This document shows positions 52,598 to 55,344 of a DNA stretch of 55,344 nt, one piece after another (positions within the stretch are counted from its first letter, which is position 1; the number at the start of each line of letters is the position of its first letter). The position numbers and the translations under genes were made by a program. Origin of the DNA: a virus (Duplodnaviria > Caudoviricetes); the IMG/VR virus record IMGVR_UViG_3300020042_009027, positions 1-55,344 of that record; one strand, written 5' to 3'. The notes below the pieces were generated by a model. That model saw nothing but the letters and a program-made list of their open reading frames with translations. It was not told the origin of the DNA and searched no databases.

Positions 52598-54853
52598 TTA
52601 CTTGCGCTTGCCGAAACTGAGTGCCTGTTCAGCATCTCTGAGGGCTCTATCTTGGTCAGACTTTGCCTGCTTGATGCGCATGTCCAGCTCAGCTTTCTGG
52701 CGAGCAATGTCCATCTTGAGCTGGTGTTCCTGCATGCGCAACTCCATTGCTGATGGCTGCTGCGGTTGCCCTTCAGGTGCTTGCCCTTCAGGTGCTTGCC
52801 CTGACTGTGCGCCATCGCGCTGCTCCTTCATCAGCTTCTTCGTGAAGTTGGCGATAATCTCCTCAGCAATCTGGAGGAGTTGCTTTGTTTCAGCAACCTG
52901 TGGTCTTGCGTTCGGGTCTTGCACCAAGAAGTTCAAGTGGGCTGTGATGTGTTCAGCCAAAGCTTTGATGATCGGCAGTGCTTTCATCGGGTCAACTTCA
53001 CCAGTATCGACACCTGATAGGTATTGCTGGAGTAGTGGAGAATGCCCGCTGATGTGCATCCCGTGGAACTCACCGTCGAGGACAGCAACGGGTTTACCTG
53101 CTTGCAGTGATTCGTTCTCCAGCACGGAGATTTTCGCGTCAACAGTCAAGCGTGGTGCTGGGTTGGATGGGGCATACCTATCCACGAGGTCGTAGCCGAT
53201 ACGGGTTGCCGTGATGTCTCGCAATAGGTTGCGTCTGCCCACTTCGTCGTAACCACCAGACTCAGCTTTCAGCTCACGGAGGGCGAGCAAGCGGTCTGCA
53301 TGGGAACCTGAACCAATTGCACGAATCGCGGTTGTCTTGTTCGGCAACAAGCTTTTCACAGCTTCAGCAGGCACTCCTCGCGCAGCACACCGCGCAAAGA
53401 AATCTACAACAGTGGGGTCTTTGCGTGTGTCGGATGATACAAATCGGCGGACAACCTCACGAAGTAAACGACCCCAGCTGTTGTAGAACAAATTGAGCGT
53501 GGAGCCTGTGAGGCGTGAGCTCACAGCTAGGTCATGCTCGGTTTGGAGCTCGTTGCGGTAAGGGCTAGAGCGGGTTCCGTATGTCGAGGTTAGGTCGACA
53601 TTCAGCGACATCTGGTTCTCGATACTTGCCAAAGCAGGCATCATGTTCTGGGAAAGATTCGGGGAAGCTTTTTCGATGACGCGAACATTCGGAGAGAGGA
53701 TCGAGTAAGCCCCATACAGCGTATAAGACAATTCGTTAAGCGCACGCTCCGACTCTGGTTGGATCATCACGGAACCCGCCATCATCGCGCTGTCAATCAC
53801 TTGGCAACGCAAGCGGTTGCTGGTCTGCACATGATTGAAGATGCGTTGGCCCAAACCACGAATCGAATGGTAAGTCCCGTTACTGCCTACACCGAAAGTG
53901 AATAGCACGAATGCCTGCTCGGAGCGGTCAAACATCGCAGGCTTCTTGAACAAGAACTCTTTGGGGGATTCCTCTGCAAACATGTAGTGGCTGATGCGAC
54001 CATCAAACTCCCGAACCCACATGTGGATGACGGCGACAGAAGTGTTTTCCGTGCCTACGTGCAGGTCGTTGTTTTTCAGTTCCCGTTGGGTTGCTTCCCA
54101 GTCGGTGTAGTTCGAGGTGCGGGAACCGTTCGTGGTGGCGTTATGCTGGATTACCCGTCGCATCTCCGCTACGTTCCAACCGAGCTTGGTTGCGATCTCT
54201 TCGTCTTTGACGAAAGCGTAAAGCTCGTGAAGCAAATACTGGCGGCGTGCGCAAGATACTTCGATCGCTTCTTCGGTTGCTTGCGTTTGCCGTGGGATCA
54301 AAAATTCATTGAAGCCGCAAACCCGAAAACGCCAATCCTGCGCCGACTCAAAATACGAAACGGATACGCCGTGCTTGGTGAAGTCGCTGCAGAGGCGCAA
54401 GTAGTAGCTGTGGAACTCAGGCCAATCACGCAAGGATGCCGTCAATTCCTCCCCTACAATCGCTTCCATCTCGCCGCGCAGCTGTGGCTCGCCTGCGCCA
54501 AGCTTAACGCTGACTAGGCTTTCCAGCGAGGAGTAGAGGTCAACGAATGCTGACATCGATACATCGAGGTAACGCTGCGCTTCACCAAAGTTCAAATTGG
54601 TTCTGGCTCCCTGCCCCGTGCTACGGAGCACCGCGTTGTCGTAAGGAGGGAACCCATCGAACATCGCATCGATGCGGGTGTTGGATATCGTAGAGGTTTC
54701 GTTGGCTCGGCGAAGATTCAGGTAGATGGCTTGCGCGGCTTGCGCATTAGCCAAGCGTTCCTTTGGTGGGGCTGGTGCTTCCTTGTCGAGAGGAAGGAGG
54801 TCGATCTCTTTCAGCCCTTGGGAATTAGCTTCGTTACCTTGATTACGGATCAC
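52598..54853 (-). CDS. Portal protein
   Basis: 751 aa; first large gene of the head operon; N-terminal arginine-rich helix then GFPPY...NLNFG; Gln-rich helical C-terminus. Confidence 0.75.
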   Translation of the reverse strand: MIRNQGNEANSQGLKEIDLLPLDKEAPAPPKERLANAQAAQAIYLNLRRANETSTISNTRIDAMFDGFPPYDNAVLRSTGQGARTNLNFGEAQRYLDVSMSAFVDLYSSLESLVSVKLGAGEPQLRGEMEAIVGEELTASLRDWPEFHSYYLRLCSDFTKHGVSVSYFESAQDWRFRVCGFNEFLIPRQTQATEEAIEVSCARRQYLLHELYAFVKDEEIATKLGWNVAEMRRVIQHNATTNGSRTSNYTDWEATQRELKNNDLHVGTENTSVAVIHMWVREFDGRISHYMFAEESPKEFLFKKPAMFDRSEQAFVLFTFGVGSNGTYHSIRGLGQRIFNHVQTSNRLRCQVIDSAMMAGSVMIQPESERALNELSYTLYGAYSILSPNVRVIEKASPNLSQNMMPALASIENQMSLNVDLTSTYGTRSSPYRNELQTEHDLAVSSRLTGSTLNLFYNSWGRLLREVVRRFVSSDTRKDPTVVDFFARCAARGVPAEAVKSLLPNKTTAIRAIGSGSHADRLLALRELKAESGGYDEVGRRNLLRDITATRIGYDLVDRYAPSNPAPRLTVDAKISVLENESLQAGKPVAVLDGEFHGMHISGHSPLLQQYLSGVDTGEVDPMKALPIIKALAEHITAHLNFLVQDPNARPQVAETKQLLQIAEEIIANFTKKLMKEQRDGAQSGQAPEGQAPEGQPQQPSAMELRMQEHQLKMDIARQKAELDMRIKQAKSDQDRALRDAEQALSFGKRK

Positions 54854-54859
54854 GGGTGT

Positions 54860-54900
54860 AGTATTACGGGATTAAAGTAGGAGCGTCAAGTTATTTTTTG
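54860..54900 (-). promoter_or_regulatory. Candidate promoter TTGACG-17-TAATAC(T) for the portal gene, near-leaderless GTG
   Basis: CAAAAAATAACTTGACG 17-mer repeated exactly at 55159-55175. Confidence 0.6.
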
Positions 54901-55125
54901 CAGTTTTACCAAAGCAATGCGAACTCGCTTACCGCAGTCAGCAACAAGTTGCACATACCAGACATGTCCTCGCGGATGAATCACTGGGGCAACCCTCTTA
55001 AATTGATTTGCGTTCCGCCCACGGGCAGGAGGGGTGACGCGATACACGTCTCCCGCAGGAGACATGACATAATTGGAGAAGTTCATCAAAGGTTGGCAGT
55101 CGTCTGGTAGTTGGTTGTCGCTCAT
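54886..55125 (-). CDS. Small NUMOD4-like domain protein
   Basis: NYVMSPAGDVYR...P...RGH..YVQL...G pattern; no HNH motif. Confidence 0.45.
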   Translation of the reverse strand: MSDNQLPDDCQPLMNFSNYVMSPAGDVYRVTPPARGRNANQFKRVAPVIHPRGHVWYVQLVADCGKRVRIALVKLQKIT

Positions 55126-55249
55126 GGCTGAAAAAGGGTTTACCGTAAAAATCAGTTTCGTCAAGTTATTTTTTGAATTACAAAGTTTCTAACATAAAAA
55201 CTTCTTGGGGGGTTCGCAGGTCTGCCCCCCTCGCAGGCCCCCTCTCGCG

Positions 55250-55344
55250 GAAAGAATTGAAAAAAATTTTTCTCTATAGTATAAAGTTTTTCTAGTATAG
55301 TAATTCATATTAATTCATATAATTCAAATCATCACTTTCTATTT
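55250..55344. repeat. 95-bp AT-rich direct repeat, copy 2 (truncated by the window end)
   Basis: 94/95 identical to 24077-24171. Confidence 0.95.

Overview
The window looks like a near-complete genome of a short-tailed (podovirus-like) dsDNA bacteriophage. All family calls come from motifs read by eye; no database search was run. Layout: (1) a + strand early block (about 160-8355) with an M28/M20-type peptidase, an 'SCM' protein, a MoxR-like AAA+ ATPase, a HExxH/vWA protein and tandem repeat-protein genes; (2) a - strand block with a 4515-aa polyvalent virion protein (GNAT, zincin and ADP-ribosyltransferase-like modules), two smaller probable ejection proteins and the terminase large subunit; (3) a + strand middle/replication block (26153-38527) with an HTH protein/putative TerS, RuvC-like resolvase, many small accessory ORFs, SNF2-like helicase, Cas4-like exonuclease, SSB-like protein, family A DNA polymerase and primase-helicase; (4) a - strand morphogenesis and lysis block (38520-55125) with portal, scaffold, major capsid, decoration/tail proteins, holin-like genes and an endolysin. 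No integrase, RNA polymerase, reverse transcriptase or CRISPR array was recognised. The strongest finding is four integron attC-like sites at 29400-30283. They delimit three short cassettes oriented antisense to the genes, with start and stop codons inside the attC sites and no integron integrase in the window, suggesting a phage cassette-shuffling system that borrows a host IntI. Other notable items are a 95-bp AT-rich repeat (24077-24171 and 55250-55344) whose complete copy extends into a cruciform, a ~390-nt structured non-coding region before the polymerase, and a twice-repeated palindrome in the early block.
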